A program made the translations under genes and the position numbers. The notes under the pieces were generated by a model. The model was not told the DNA's origin. It ran no database searches and saw nothing but the letters and a program-made list of their open reading frames with translations. Positions 13,716 through 27,019 of a stretch of DNA of 64,000 nucleotides are shown here, one piece after another. Each line of letters starts with the position of its first letter. Position 1 is the stretch's first letter. Origin of the DNA: Epiperipatus broadwayi (lineage: Eukaryota > Animalia > Onychophora); contig JAQFVV010000006.1 of assembly GCA_028023455.1 (NCBI GenBank), positions 20,646,001 through 20,710,000 on the forward strand, written 5' to 3'.

Positions 13716-14344
13716 TCAATCAATATGTTTTTAAATTTTCTGGATGTGATATAGAATCCACCTACTATCGTAGAGTCCCATCTTCATTAGATCAGATATT
13801 TAAAATGAATAAAAGACAGATTTCCTAAAAAATAGTTTACAGTATAATTTAACATGTTTTTCGTGGAATGATGAACCCTTCCATCCCTTTCACCATCACC
13901 GTATATATTTGCAATATGAAGATTGTCTAAAAATGCAATTTAAATTGGATTTTCTTGGGAAAATATTCCTCAGAATAGAATACAATGCAGTGTTACAATG
14001 AGACAAGATTTTGAAATAATTTTAAAAAGAAAAGCTTACTATATAAAAAGTTAAAAAACGGCAATGCAAAAATATCAAACAAACAGAACAATAGCCCCAA
14101 ATTTTTTATATGTGTATGCATTTGTGACTGCAAAGTTCATTGAAGGAAAAAATAGAAGACAGTCCACAAAAATATCAAATAACAAAACAATAAATGGCTC
14201 AGTATTAATTATATGTGTATGCATTTATGATTCATGGATGTAATTACTGAAAATTTATTTCTCTTGCATTATTTTTATTATTATTATATAGGATTTGAAT
14301 TTAGGATTTTCAATCTATATTTATCCTCCACTCCATCTCAAACA

Positions 14345-14490
14345 ACCAATACACATGACCACACATGAGAAAAAAGTAAATGATTCCCCAATACATGCAT
14401 TTCATGCAGAAACACTGCTTATCAGTTGGGGCACATCATAATCTCCCACACATATGTACAATCAGTGCTTGTTTATATTAAGATAGCAAC
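14345..14490 (-). repeat. HHR-bearing dispersed repeat (family H2), copy 2
   Basis: The minus strand at 14431-14386 reads ccccaa-CTGATAA-gcag tgttt ctgc at-GAAA-tgcatgTA-ttgggg. The shared flank acacatgaccacacatg is present. Confidence 0.7.
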
Positions 14491-14587
14491 AGGCTTTAAT
14501 CTTCTCACCCTTACAACAATTCAACCATCTATTTCATTAAAAAACCAATGATGGAATGCTTAAAGCTTTGAGTGTTCCATTATGCCG

Positions 14588-14639
14588 GTCCATTAAAGTT
14601 TAAGGAATTGTTATCTTAATGTAAGTTAAGCACTGATTG

Positions 14640-14689
<50 letters not shown>

Positions 14690-14790
14690 GGGGGGTTATG
14701 ATCTGGCCCAACTGATGAATGCTGGTTCTCAATGAAATATGTATATTGGGGTCCTTTTATTTGTTCACATGTGTGTGGTCATGTGTATTT
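14588..14790 (+). repeat. HHR-bearing dispersed repeat (family H2), copy 3, with an expanded internal (AT)n
   Basis: 14707-14750 reads cccaa-CTGATGA-atgctggttctcaat-GAAA-tatgtaTA-ttggg, so the core is intact. It is inverted relative to copy 2. The (AT)n lies at ~14645-14686. Confidence 0.7.
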
Positions 14791-15157
14791 CTTGTTCAAA
14801 TTCCTTTATTTATTATAGTAAACATTTAGTATATTGAATAAATAGATTAATTTTGTTGTTGTTATTGTTGTAATTATAATAATATTTAATATCACTTTGA
14901 CTCTTTATATAATATATCAGCAACTTTATCAATCAAAAAATTATTTATAGTCAATATTTTATATCATTATTTCAAACTATATCATTCCAAAATATTGTTT
15001 CTCAAAAAAAAAGGTAAATCTAGAAAGTCTAAATTTAATTTGATTAATTATCCCCATTATAACAAAACCCACAGTAGATATTAAATACGTTATATTGATC
15101 GATGTATTTCAGTATTATAGTGCAGTATTATCCTGAAAATATTTACAATATTTCATT

Positions 15158-15459
15158 AATACTTAAATAAGGCTAAAACCTCAGTACATGCACCTTGAGT
15201 GCTTAATTTTAGCAAGAGAGACCTCTACGAATCATAGTGCAAGATTCGACTTTATAAAGATAAGAGTGACCCTCTTATCTCTCAACCTATTTTCTTAATT
15301 ATATAGGCAAATCTAAAGCATGTTGATTTGGGAGCATGAAGCTAATAAATTCTTTACTGATTAAGTCCACTATTTCTGTTATGATTTGTAGAGGTCTCTC
15401 TTGCTAAAATTAAGCACTCAAAGTGCATGTACTGAGGTTTTAGCCTTATATAAGTATTA
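15158..15459. mobile_element. MITE with ~70-80-bp TIRs (TAAGGCT family)
   Basis: taaggctaaaacctcagtacatgcaccttgagtgcttaattttagcaagagagacctctac is almost exactly mirrored at 15380-15448. The ~140-bp interior is non-coding. Confidence 0.88.
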
Positions 15460-16059
15460 CGTGCTGACATCGTGCTTAATAAGAATTAATATTTCATTAA
15501 ATAGATTTAAGAAAAAAATAATTTTTGGTTAACTTCAATTAATAACTAGGATAAATTTAATATTTGATTATAATTGTTTATAGGTCAATTGTAACATTTT
15601 TTAATTTTTATTATAAAAATGTGCAAAATTATATTTAAGTTTTACTTTAAATTAAATGATTAATAAAATCTAGATAGAATTGATCTTATTGAATTCTGGA
15701 ATATTATATATAAAACTAAATGATATGACAAAGACTGTATATATAGTTTATTATACTTATAATCGTTAATCTTTATATTTTTAATGGATATCTATATATT
15801 ATTAGATGATAACAGTTTATATTTCTTTTTTTTTGTTTTAATTGTTAATTTTATTATTTTATATAAGTTTTATATATTTGTGTATTTTTTTTAACTCTAT
15901 GCATGATTTTTTCTTCACATGCAGTTTTTGTAAATTTTTCTGGAGATACTTTGCACATATTTATTTTTTGAATTATAATTGTTATTAATAAATTCAATAA
16001 CTAAGCAAAAATGATTTTTAAAAAATATTAAATTCTTATCGATATTTATCAGTACTGCT

Positions 16060-16680
16060 CTATTAGCCACCGTACATCACTTGATGACACTGTTTCTGTG
16101 CAAAAACACAGAAGTATGCCATTTACATGGCCAAACATATGGCTACTACAATACTACATTCATAATAGCCATTTTAGGTCACATGATGGCATTGTTCTAT
16201 ATGTAAATGCACAGAAATCATATGCCTAGCTATGTGTGGCCACACTTTATGTGTATGTTCAGTAATGACAGTTCACTATGGTTTAATATGAGCAGGACTG
16301 TTGTTCAATTTCACAGAATTCTTGAAATCTGTTTTCAAAATCATTGTCTCACACACCAACTGTAGTAGTATTGCATAGTGATAATGATCACCCTGTCAGC
16401 ATGCTTCCCCATGCATCTTGGAAGCAGATTGAACATTTAAAAGTGGGGGATTCAGAAGAATGGAGGGCAACATCACATTTTACATTGAATAATATTGTTA
16501 TTTTCCTCATTGCATTTATTAATAGCAAAAAATTGAATTGAAAAGCCACTGAAAGTTATTTTACAGCTCATTAAATATTCATATTTTAGTTCATAGGTGT
16601 CACTTTGTGAAAAGTGAAGAATAACAAAAAACATGATCTCTTCAAATAATGCAAAATCATTAGTGTGTGTGTGCAACATT
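16060..16680 (-). pseudogene. Possible hAT (Charlie/GTF2IRD2-like) transposase C-terminal relic
   Basis: The minus strand gives DFENRFQEFCEIE (16342-16304), resembling the EFxxRFxDFxxIE segment, with a downstream MFG...YFC. It is heavily degenerate. Confidence 0.35.
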
Positions 16681-17043
16681 ATCTTTTACTTGACTGTAAA
16701 TGAATTTATAGACTAATTTCTTCACTTGATTTTTTTTTGTAAAATAATAATATTTATTTATTTTTAATTATATAATGTTTACATTGTAGTTTTATTTTAA
16801 TGGAATAGTTTTTACACATAAATAATTGAAATAAATATTTATGTCATATCAAATCAAACTGCTTTCTGGCAAACATTTTTTTTATTCATCACTAACAGAA
16901 AGCTGTCTTTCAATTTTTTAGTTTTCTATTTATTACTTTTTTTATTTATTTGCAACTATATTTTAGCTTAAACCACTAAACATCACATGATCACCATTTC
17001 CTATGCTTTCACAAGCTGTTAAAACAATGACAAGCTCTCCATA

Positions 17044-17501
17044 CAGCAGTGCCACCCAGTGCAAGAAACAGTAATCAATGGATGCATAAAATCCATATCA
17101 AGTGCTTATTCATCCAATATCTTCAGACTAGTTTTTTAGCTTGTGGCTTTCAGCAGCAGAAAACCCTGAATCTGAGAGCACTGCACCTAGATCTTAAAAT
17201 TCCAAAATATATAGATACTGAACTGGGTTCAAATCTTCATGACTATACAGGTGAATGAGCTTGGATTGAAAATATTACCATGTTTTCATTTGGACTCATA
17301 GCTTTATGGTTAACTAAAAAGGTAAAAGGTAGTTTCCAAAGATCTAAGTGTGGTTCTCTCAGATCCAAGGCCCCTCAATGATGAAAGAGACAAGCTAAAA
17401 CCTACTCTAGGGATATTGGATGTGCACTAGTTGGGGCTTTTATGCACAAATCTTTTTGCATCCATTGATTAGTGTGGAATGCACTGAATGGCACTTAACT
17501 G
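17044..17501. mobile_element. Old foldback element with ~150-bp imperfect arms
   Basis: Mirrored pairs: taatcaatggatgca / tgcatccattgatta, ttttagcttgt / acaagctaaaa, and atctgagag..ctagatctt / aagatcta..ctctcagat. Confidence 0.75.
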
Positions 17502-17989
17502 CCTTCTTATGCTGATGTTGCAGATTTTCGCTCCACAAAATAAGTTAAAGTTGTATAGATTTTTAATAACATCTAAATAAAAATTTCTGTTGCTGGAGAA
17601 TATTTGTTTAGAGATTGGATGAGAAAAAAGAATTGGATCACAGTGAAATAGATTTAATTGGATTTGAGAAAATGGAGAAAAATATTGCAAATGTTTGGAG
17701 AGTGATCCTATGCACTAACATTTTAAATATATAAAAAAAAGGAATATTTTAGTGTAACATGGCCTTAAAACTAAGGCATACTTAAGATTAGTTGGATTTT
17801 AGCATGTTTGCTATTAAAATTTTTGTTCAATTTAAGTAAGGGGGTGATTTATTTAAGAAAGAGATAACACTGAGTTTAGAAAAGCATGTATTTATCAGTT
17901 ATTAATTAAAATTATTTTTCCCTTTTATATAAAGAGGTTTGAAGAGTGGTAAAAAATATAAATATAGAGTAGGGAAATTGAAAAAATAA

Positions 17990-20900
17990 GGAAATATGGA
18001 TTGCATTCATTACCCACAATGCATTATGGTAGTCAGAATGAAACTAGATGTGATTTGGTAGTGTGTACAGCATGTATTAAGATTTTCCATCTTAAGTGCT
18101 TAAATAAGACTAGGAATGATATAAAAGGTGCATGGTTGTATAAATCATGTAAATATGTGATAAAAGATGTGAAAAAATAGTTTTTAAGTGTAGAAAATTT
18201 AAAGAGAAAATCAGAAGAAATAAAAAGAAAGGGGAAAATGTAGATAAGAATGATAGAATAGAGTATATAAAAAGTGGAGTGACAAGTGATACAGATAACA
18301 AAATAAGCAGCACAATGACAATAGTTAGGTAAAGATTAAAAATATATAAAAAGAGTTAAAGGATGTAGAAATAAAATTAAAAGTCTTAGACATGAAATGT
18401 GAGCAGACCAAGCAATTAATGAATAGAAATGATAAGAAAGAAGTAGATAAGAAAATCCAGAAGGTGGAAGGTAGGGAAAGTAATCTATGAGACAGTCTTG
18501 ATAGGGAGCTCACTAATTAGAGGATGTGGAGATGTAATTGCAAAGGGAAATAGAAATAGGTATGTAAGAGTATGTTTGTCTGGAGCTAGAATTAGGGATG
18601 TTTCAGATAAGGTAAAAAAACAGGAGAGCAGAGATATTTATGCTATGATAGGGACAAATAATTTGTCAGAGATATCAGAGATAATAATGGATGAGTACAA
18701 AGAATTGATTAGTAGTTTGAATAAGGTTAATGGAAGAGTAGGAGTAGTTGGATTACTATCAAGATTCGACAATAGGTATATGCTAGATAGGGAATGTTCT
18801 ATGAAGAGTGAAACAGTTATGTAATAAAAATAATGTTATGTTTGCGGATGTGTAAGATTTTTTATTAGTAAAAGAGAGTTATACAGTGAAGATGGATTGC
18901 ACTTACTAAAACAAAGAATAAAGCATTAGATGGTTTGATTTATGAAAAATATTATAGTTTAAGAAACTTATAAATGGAAGTAGAGTTTTAAATTACAGTA
19001 TTATCAAAAAGAAGGTTAAAAATAACCAGAATGTAAGAAGTAAACAAAAAGAAGCTGATCCAGATATAAATGTAAATGTGGAGAGGGAATGGGATTGTAA
19101 AACTAATAATAAACAAACTAATTATAAATATAAAGAAGAAAGAATCAAAAGAAATTATAAAAGGTTAATAAGAAAGGAAAAAATTGTTAGGATTGGATAT
19201 TTGAATATGCAAGGTGATAAAATACCAGAAAAACTGGATGGAATTAAACAAAGAAGTTAAAAACAAAGGGCTTGAGGTATTAGCAGTAGTAAAAATACAT
19301 TTAGAAGAAGAAGAACCTACAATTAAAATTTGGTATGGCAGGGTATAAAGAAAAAAGAAAAAAGGAGTTGTGTTACAGGAGTTTATGTCAAAAAAAAAAT
19401 TAATTACTATAAAGTGTCAGGAACATTTATGGTTTGATATAAGGTTAAGAAGACAAGAATTGATGGTAGCTATAGTGTATATGACAACTGGAGATAGTCA
19501 AACTATAATGGACTGGAACAGGAGCATATATGAATGCCTAATTAAAGATATACAGAGTTTCAAAAAAAAGGAAAGTAAACTAATGGTAATAGGAAATATG
19601 AATGGATATATTGAAGAAATTGATGATGTGAATAATAATAATGAACCACTAAAGATAGTCAAACTATAATAGAGTAAAACAGGAACACATATAAATGCCT
19701 AGTTAAGAATATACAGAATTTCAAAAAAAATGTTTATAGGGTATATGAATGGTAATATTGAAAAAATTGATGATGGGGATAACAAGAATGGATAGCTTTT
19801 GAAATTTTTTTGTCAGAAAGTAAATTTGAGCATTGAAAATTTATCAAATATTTATGAGAGGCTATACAGATGGTCTATAAATAATATATTTCACACAATA
19901 GATTATGTATTAGTAGAGAAAGAGAGAATGAATAAAGTATAAAAAATTAAAATGTTTGATAATGAAGAGAGAATATGTGATAGTGATCATAATTTTTTTA
20001 TAATAGAAATGGTTAGTAAGGTGATGGAAAATAATAATAAAAGTAGAAAGGATAGTGAAAAATGTGGATGGAGATTGCATAATATAAATAAGTTAGAAGA
20101 ATATAAAATAAAAGTAGAAAAAATCATCAAAGAGTTTGTTGGAGGTGAATATAAGGACTGGGATGGTGAAGTAGAAAAAGTGCCAAATAGGGTTTTAGGT
20201 GAGAATATTCAGAAAAATAAAAGTAATAGAAAAGTGAGAATTAGTAAAAGTGTAAAAGAGAAAAAAAAATCATGCAGAGAATATAAATGTGCTATTAAAA
20301 ACAAAAAAGCGAAAAAGATGTTAATATTAAATGACAAAACTATTTTAAAAAAAGAAGTTGATTAAAATAGATAATTATAGAGAGAGAAAATGAAATTCAA
20401 TAGTAAATTATTGGAGGATATTAATGAAAGTGAAAGAGATGGGAATAAAAAATATTGAAATATATTAAAAGAAGGAATGTAAGGGAGAGAAAAATAGTAT
20501 TATTAAATGATGAGGAAAAAGTGCTCTAGAGAATAATTAGAGACAATATTAAATAAGTGTGTAATGGATATAGAAAAGATGCTAAATGTGAAGAACAGAG
20601 TGATAACAAACATAAAAGCATGTAGTAATAGAAATATTAGTTTTACAGAAAATGAATTGAATGAAGCAAGGAAAAAATTGAAATGTGGAAAGGCAAAAGG
20701 TTTAGATGGATGGATAGCAGAGATGGTGATAAATTTGAAAAAATAGGGCAGAATTAAATCTATTATCATGTTTTCATCAGGTGGCACAGAAGACAGAATT
20801 TTCAGATAGCTGGAATAATACAAAAGTGAGGCTATTAGTTTAAAAAATGGTAAGTACCATAGAAAGATAAACAATTATAGACTGGTAATGACAACATGGG

Positions 20901-22615
20901 TATTATATAAAATTTTTGTATATATGGTGGCTGGAAGAGTGGCAAAATGGATGAAAGAAAATAATATAGTGGGAAAAATGCAAGTAAGTTTAAAATAGAT
21001 AAGTGCTTAGGAGGTAATTTATTGGTAGTCACACAACTTATAGATATGAGTAGGAATACAGGTAGGCAGTTATATATGATCTTTATAAATATAGAGAAGA
21101 CATACAATAGATTAAATAGAAATAGATTATGAATAAGTTTAGTAAATTTGGGAATGAATGCAGCTTTAGTGGATCTTATTAAGAGATTGTATGACAATAA
21201 TTATTATACATATTAATTAGGAAATATAGAACCAGTTAAAGTTAAAAATGTAGTGGGACTAATGCAAGGATGCCCTATGTCACCTATTTTGTTTTTGTTA
21301 TATTTGAAATGGAGAGCACAATAGAAAGACTAGGAAGATGGGTAGAGATACCATTAATAGATGGCAAGGAAGTATATACATTATTAGGTCTTTTATTTAC
21401 CTATGATCATCTTTTTGTGCACAGAAAGAAGGGAAGGTATGAAAGTTAGGCTGAAAACTTGAACAAGGGTTGGTAAAGAAATGGGGATTAAATTTAGTGA
21501 AGAAAAATCAAAAGTAATGATGATAAATTCTGGGGTAAGAGAAGAGAAATAATTTTTATTTATGGATATAAAGTTAAATGTTGTGAATAGCTATAACTAT
21601 TTGCAAATCATTTTAAATAATATGAAGAATTGCTTTGATGAATGGGATAAAAAATTGATAAATGAAGCAAAGAAAAGAAAGGGTTGATAAAATATGATGT
21701 AGCAAGCATTGTATGGAAGGAGTGGCAGTAGCAGGGTTAACTTATGGTAATTATGCATTATGTGTTAGTAAAGGGGTGTTAGATTACTTAAAGTACAAAG
21801 AGAAATAGAAAAACATGCATTATATGCAGATGTGTGGCTAGCAAAGAAGACAATTCAAGGAGAAATGGTATGATCGGATTTATATATGAGATGCAAAAAG
21901 CAAAATGAAAATGTTCAGTAGATTGCAATTTATGGATAGTAAGAGAATAGGAAAATTGGTATTTAATTGGGTTATGAGTAAAGGACATGAAACAAGATGA
22001 GTGAGAAAGGTGGTATTGTGTGTAGAAAATTTGGATAAAGACTTTATATCAGTATACTTGTATAAAAGATGGGATGATTGTGTGAGGAGGATTATTGAAT
22101 GTTATAGTGGCAAAGAATGGGATAGAAGAATAGATGCATTAATAAAAAATAGGGATATGGAGATATAAGAGAACTAATAGTAAACAGAATATTGAGTGTA
22201 AATTAATTTATGATAATAGCAAGGAAAGTAGTTCATTGTTTAAGGCTCAATTAGGATCATTAGCAAAAAGGGTGATTTAATCTGCAAGATATGTAAGGAA
22301 GGCATGGAAAATATTAGGCATCTGCCAATTGATTGTAATTCTGAATAAATATAAACAAAATGATTATACAGAAAGTGAGTTCTTGGTTTTGCTATGCTGG
22401 GTTTGGAAAAAGATAAGGTGTATCTAGATATAAAGGCCATAGAGTGAACAAAGATGATGTTATGGATATGGGATGGAGCAGGATAGAGAAGAATATGGGA
22501 AAAACAGAGTGGGGAATGGAAAGGGAAAGCAAGGCAGCTAAGAGGTTTCTCTGAACATAGTGGCTTAGAGATTCCTGACTTCAATAAAGGAGTAGTCATA
22601 TCACATCACAATATT
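17990..22615 (+). mobile_element. Degenerate near-full-length non-LTR retrotransposon (CR1-group/RTEX-like): PHD + coiled coil + SGNH esterase ORF1, APE-RT-CCHC ORF2
   Basis: PHD relic CTACIKIFHLKCL...WLYKSC (~18060-18145). Esterase IGSSLIRG..CLSGARIRDV..IGTNN..VGLLSR (18498-18824). APE motifs IGYLNMQG, VIGNMNGYI, TIDYVLV, DSDHN. RT motifs KAKGLDG, GLMQGCPMSPILF, FTYD. C-terminal CKICKEGMENIRHLPIDC. Many stops. Confidence 0.88.
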
Positions 22616-23566
22616 TTAGGTTACATTTATTTTTAACTTATGTTTTTAATAAATTGTAAACAGAAATTGTAATACCAAATTTTTTTTTTATTTTATTTAA
22701 AAATGAAACATAAAGAAAAACAGTACATCATTTAGTGGTGTAAAAGCCCCACTCAAAATTTATCATTTCCAATAGAGCTACAGACCATTGTAAGTGTATA
22801 AATGGGTTAATGAAATAACACTTCCATCAGGCCTGCAATGGCTACTTAGCAGATATTCTATAATACTTGCTTAATGATTTTCTTTATGTTTAACAGTAAA
22901 ACTTCAACTAAATTGTATATTGATTGATATTAATTCCAACAAAAATTTCTAGTTGTCAGTATTATTCAAAGAAAAGTATTGCAAAGATGAGAATGTGGAA
23001 TTTAAAGGCAAGGAAAAGATGTAGGTGGGTATTAAATGAAGGAAAGGTTTTTTATTGGACACATTGGAGCCATTGTGTTATGATTATCATTTTATTTAAA
23101 ATCTGGAAACTGAAAATTCTCCATTTACATGAATTTGTTTATCTTATTTTGTAAAATTAAATTTAATATTTGTTTCTTTGTAAAAATAAAATATTTACAT
23201 TCAGATTTTATTTAAATATTTTTGTTTGAGCAGAAATTAAGTTAAGTGAAATCATTTAAAATGAAAGATAATGTAGCAGTAGGAATGGTTTTTCAAGCTC
23301 TTAAACTATTATCTTTTTTTTTATAATTATAAATTGAATTTTTAAATTTCAAAAATTATTTTGACTAATTGAATATATTATTTATAGAAATACACATTAT
23401 TAATATATGTTTAGTTGATTATTATGATTTATTGGTTTAAAATTTTGGTTTATTTTGAAGCTTAAATAAATTCTTTGTATTAGTCATTTTAGTTTGCTCC
23501 AAAAACTTATGCTGAGTCTAACCACTATAAAAATGTATTTTTAAACCATATATATATATATATATA

Positions 23567-24224
23567 TAAGCACTGAGTTAACTTTTAGTAACATCTCACC
23601 AGAATCATAGTGCAAAATTACTTAACTAAGAATGCCAGGAGCAGGTTAAATATATAGTTTATAATATATGCAAATTATTGCAATGAGAAATGTAAATTAT
23701 AAAAGTCAGATGTTTTATTTTTTTTACAAAGGGACACAAGACTATTTTCTGTTGATTGAATTCAAGTCTCTTGCAATAACCCATGCCTCCTTGAACATTC
23801 TTTTATGATCATCCCCTCTGTGCAGAAGGTCTTAATAATAGAAGGGAAAACATGTTTCCTGTAGCAGGCTTGTGATCCAGAAACATTGACTTATATTGCC
23901 AGTCATTTCACCTTTTTATAGAGATAGGGAGTTCTGGGTGATTCTTGTAGATCTATTAGCTTGAGACTTCCTGTAGTATGCTACTATATACCCTGAAGAT
24001 GGGCATGAAATGTTATAAACTATTTGAGGAGCATGTTCAAATGGAGTTCTGTTTTTAGTATTGTTCAGAAGATTGTTAAGAGAGGATACTGTTCTACATA
24101 CTATTTCTTATTGCAATAAACATATTTTATAAACTATATATTTAGCCTGCTTCCAACATTGTTAGTTAATTAATTTTGCACTATGATTCTGGAGACAAGT
24201 CACCAAAAATTAATTCAGTGCTAT
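23567..24224. mobile_element. Larger foldback element with ~97-bp TIRs and a ~460-bp interior (related to the TAAGGCT family)
   Basis: 23567-23664 mirrors 24127-24224. It shares gcac..tgagt..ttttag..gaatcatagtgcaa with the 15158 element and abuts a (TA)n run. Confidence 0.8.
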
Positions 24225-24618
24225 TATGTTAGAATATATATATGTCTTTACTCCCCTTAGCAATGGCAATTGGTTCTCCAAAACTCATCGTTAAGCAAGA
24301 ATATCGTAACAGAATACGTATTTATAATGGAGGTCTATGGGGAAAAAATTGATCGGTTCCTAAAGTAAAAAATTACACTAACTTAGGAATAAAGTACATA
24401 TTAAAAAAAATATTCATTAACACTTATTTTAAATGCAATCTGTTTTTCTTTTTAAATTTTTTTCTAATTCAACATTGGCGTTTTAAAATGTTGTTTTTCT
24501 TTTGATTTGAAATCACTTGGGTATAAACAACATTTTTAACAAAGTTACAAAATCAATAACTATTTTTACATAATACTGTATCCTATTTATTTATTGGACT
24601 ATTTCATCATCTAATATA

Positions 24619-24717
24619 AGTGTTGAATGTTTAAAAAAATTAAACTTTATTTAAATAATCCAAGTACTGTACATTATATTTAAATAAAGTTTAATTTTTC
24701 TAAAGACATTCAACACT
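24619..24717. repeat. ~40-bp-arm hairpin formed from a repeat also present at ~10680-10745
   Basis: agtgttgaatgt...actttatttaaata / tatttaaataaagt...acattcaacact with a ~19-bp spacer. A single-arm homologue lies at 10.7 kb. Confidence 0.8.
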
Positions 24718-26299
24718 ATATACACAGTATATAGTACAACACTTATATGTACAGTATATAGTATTATAGATTCATGAATTATATACACTGTATTTTAAGT
24801 TTATACGTTCTAAATTAAAAAAAAATATATCAATCGTTATAGTAAATAATCGATTGTAAATCGAAGTAGTGGGTACAAATTGATGATGATCACTATTGTG
24901 AAATATCGCTAAGTAGCCAATCGCTAAGTGAGGTTTAGGTGTGTATATATATGGTTTAAAAATATATTTTTATAGTAGCTTGACTAAGCTCAAGTTTTTG
25001 GAATATTTCATTAAGATATGAAAAGTGTGTAAAGTTAAATAATTATTTTACTTTACTAATTTTTTTTAGTAATTTGCAAAGCTGATATATTTCAAAGTTA
25101 ATAGTCTAATGAATAAATTAATTTATGAAAATAAAGTCTTCTGTATTAAAATTAATATATCAAATCTTTTCCAAATTGCCAGCTATAAGGCTGTTAAATT
25201 TTGGTAAAAAGATTACCTAATCTTTTTCTGAAGACAAATTAATATTTGCTATACTCATAAAAAATGTTAATTAATTGATTTAACAAACCAATTAATATGC
25301 TCTAATTACTTCAAAATAAGATAACAATTTTAATCTGACTTTACCCTCACACTTTTCTCCCCTTGTTTAGCACAGAATGGTCAATTTCTTTTACAGAAGC
25401 CTTTTTAAAATATGAGAAGAAAGAGGGCAATCATCATGTGATGTCTAATTGATTCTGACTCTGAAGGTACATATAGCAGCCCAGTTGCTGATTCAAGCAG
25501 CCTCAACTCTTACTATATGTTAAATATATTTTATAGCAATATTAAACTGTAAACTAGCTATAGTTATTTTATATATAAAAAGATCTAATTTATTTAAAGA
25601 ATGAGCTATTTTCTTATGTTCTGTTTACCATATGTGAATTAATAATGTCAAAATTATTTAACAATACATTCAATCATTTAGAATCTCTTATTAATCTGTC
25701 AATACTTTCTCCACATATTTGTCATTCTTTTATTTTTTATCTGACTCCAATTGCATGTGTAAATTCAATTTTCAGTACATGGTAATGGTGTAGTCACAGT
25801 TCTCTTAATTGAAACCTGCAACATAGCAATGAAAGTTTGTTAAACCATTATAACATCATATAATCACCAATATTGTATGAAGAAAGTAGTGGCTATGTCA
25901 AAAAGTATTGTTGCTGGCACAAAACAGTATGGCAGAATTCGATATTGAAAATGGTACTGAATGTCCTCTTTATATGATTCATGTGGAGAAACTTTTTATT
26001 TTAAATGCAATAGATGACATCAAAAGAAAAATTACAACTATTAAACTTGGAAAATAGGGAAGTAGTGGATATTACTAATAAATTACACAAAATCACAAGC
26101 CCAGAAGTACTTGACAAATGAACAATTGTTTTAAACTGTAGCCATCAATTGCATTTTTGCAACAAGGGTCAAGAGAAGTGTGAGAAAATTAAATAAAATG
26201 ATTCATACCTGATGATACTCATGAAGACTATGCATATAAATATTTCACATCTCAAATAGTTTGTGTTGGGATATGTCTAATGTTAGATTCAGACAATTT

Positions 26300-26940
26300 C
26301 TAAGAAAATGGATCCCACATATATGGTGATAACAGGAAGAGATATAGCATCCAAAATGATAATAGTAGGCATAAAAGCTTCAGAACATGTCCTTCTAAAC
26401 CAGACAAATTTATAGATGTATAAAATCCACAAATGGAAAAAATAAAGCAAGACAGTTGTTGAAAAAAATCTTGTATTTGATCTTCTTACATCACCAAAGA
26501 AAGTTATAAAATAAAAAAACCCTTAAGCAAATTGCATCATCAAAGATTAAATAGAATGGATATATTAGAGTACTAAAAATGGCAGCCATAAATATATAAC
26601 CAAACAATATTATGAGAAAAAAATTGTTTTATACTTTATAGTGCAAGGACAGAAATTACATGTTCAGAATAATTTTGGGTAAAAGTATCCGTTTGCAGAA
26701 AATGTATTGATATGGAAATCGACAATGAACTGGGTACTAAAAGAATAAGATATAGGCAGAAACCTGTTAAAATTAAGGGCAGGTTTAAGTGGATGGAAAA
26801 AACTACATATTGTAAAAATGCCAAAATTAAGCCAATTATAGGCAGAGACTGACTTGAGATGTTAGCAATTATAATTAACACGATAAAGAAAGTATCCATA
26901 CTGCACAAGTAAGAATTCAGACTCTCCAATTTATTTAAAG
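26300..26940 (+). pseudogene. Probable Ty3/gypsy gag-end/aspartic protease relic
   Basis: One frame carries FILYSARTEITCSE (26628; a decayed LDSGAEITC) and IIGRD*L (26835), 66 codons apart, which is typical retropepsin spacing. Confidence 0.45.
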
Positions 26941-27019
26941 ATCAAGAGTAATGTAAGACTTTCCCAAATGAGTTGAATTAGAGAAATATTATATCTAAAT
27001 CTCAGAAAAAAATTGTTTA

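Noticed and set aside
23985-24015. HHR-like CTGAAGA-tgggcat-GAAAtgtt inside the foldback element
   Set aside because: Stem II lacks a loop and there is no stem I partner; it is too degenerate to call.
25385-25520. Coding exon after the ttcttttacag acceptor
   Set aside because: There are stops in all three frames before the candidate donor.
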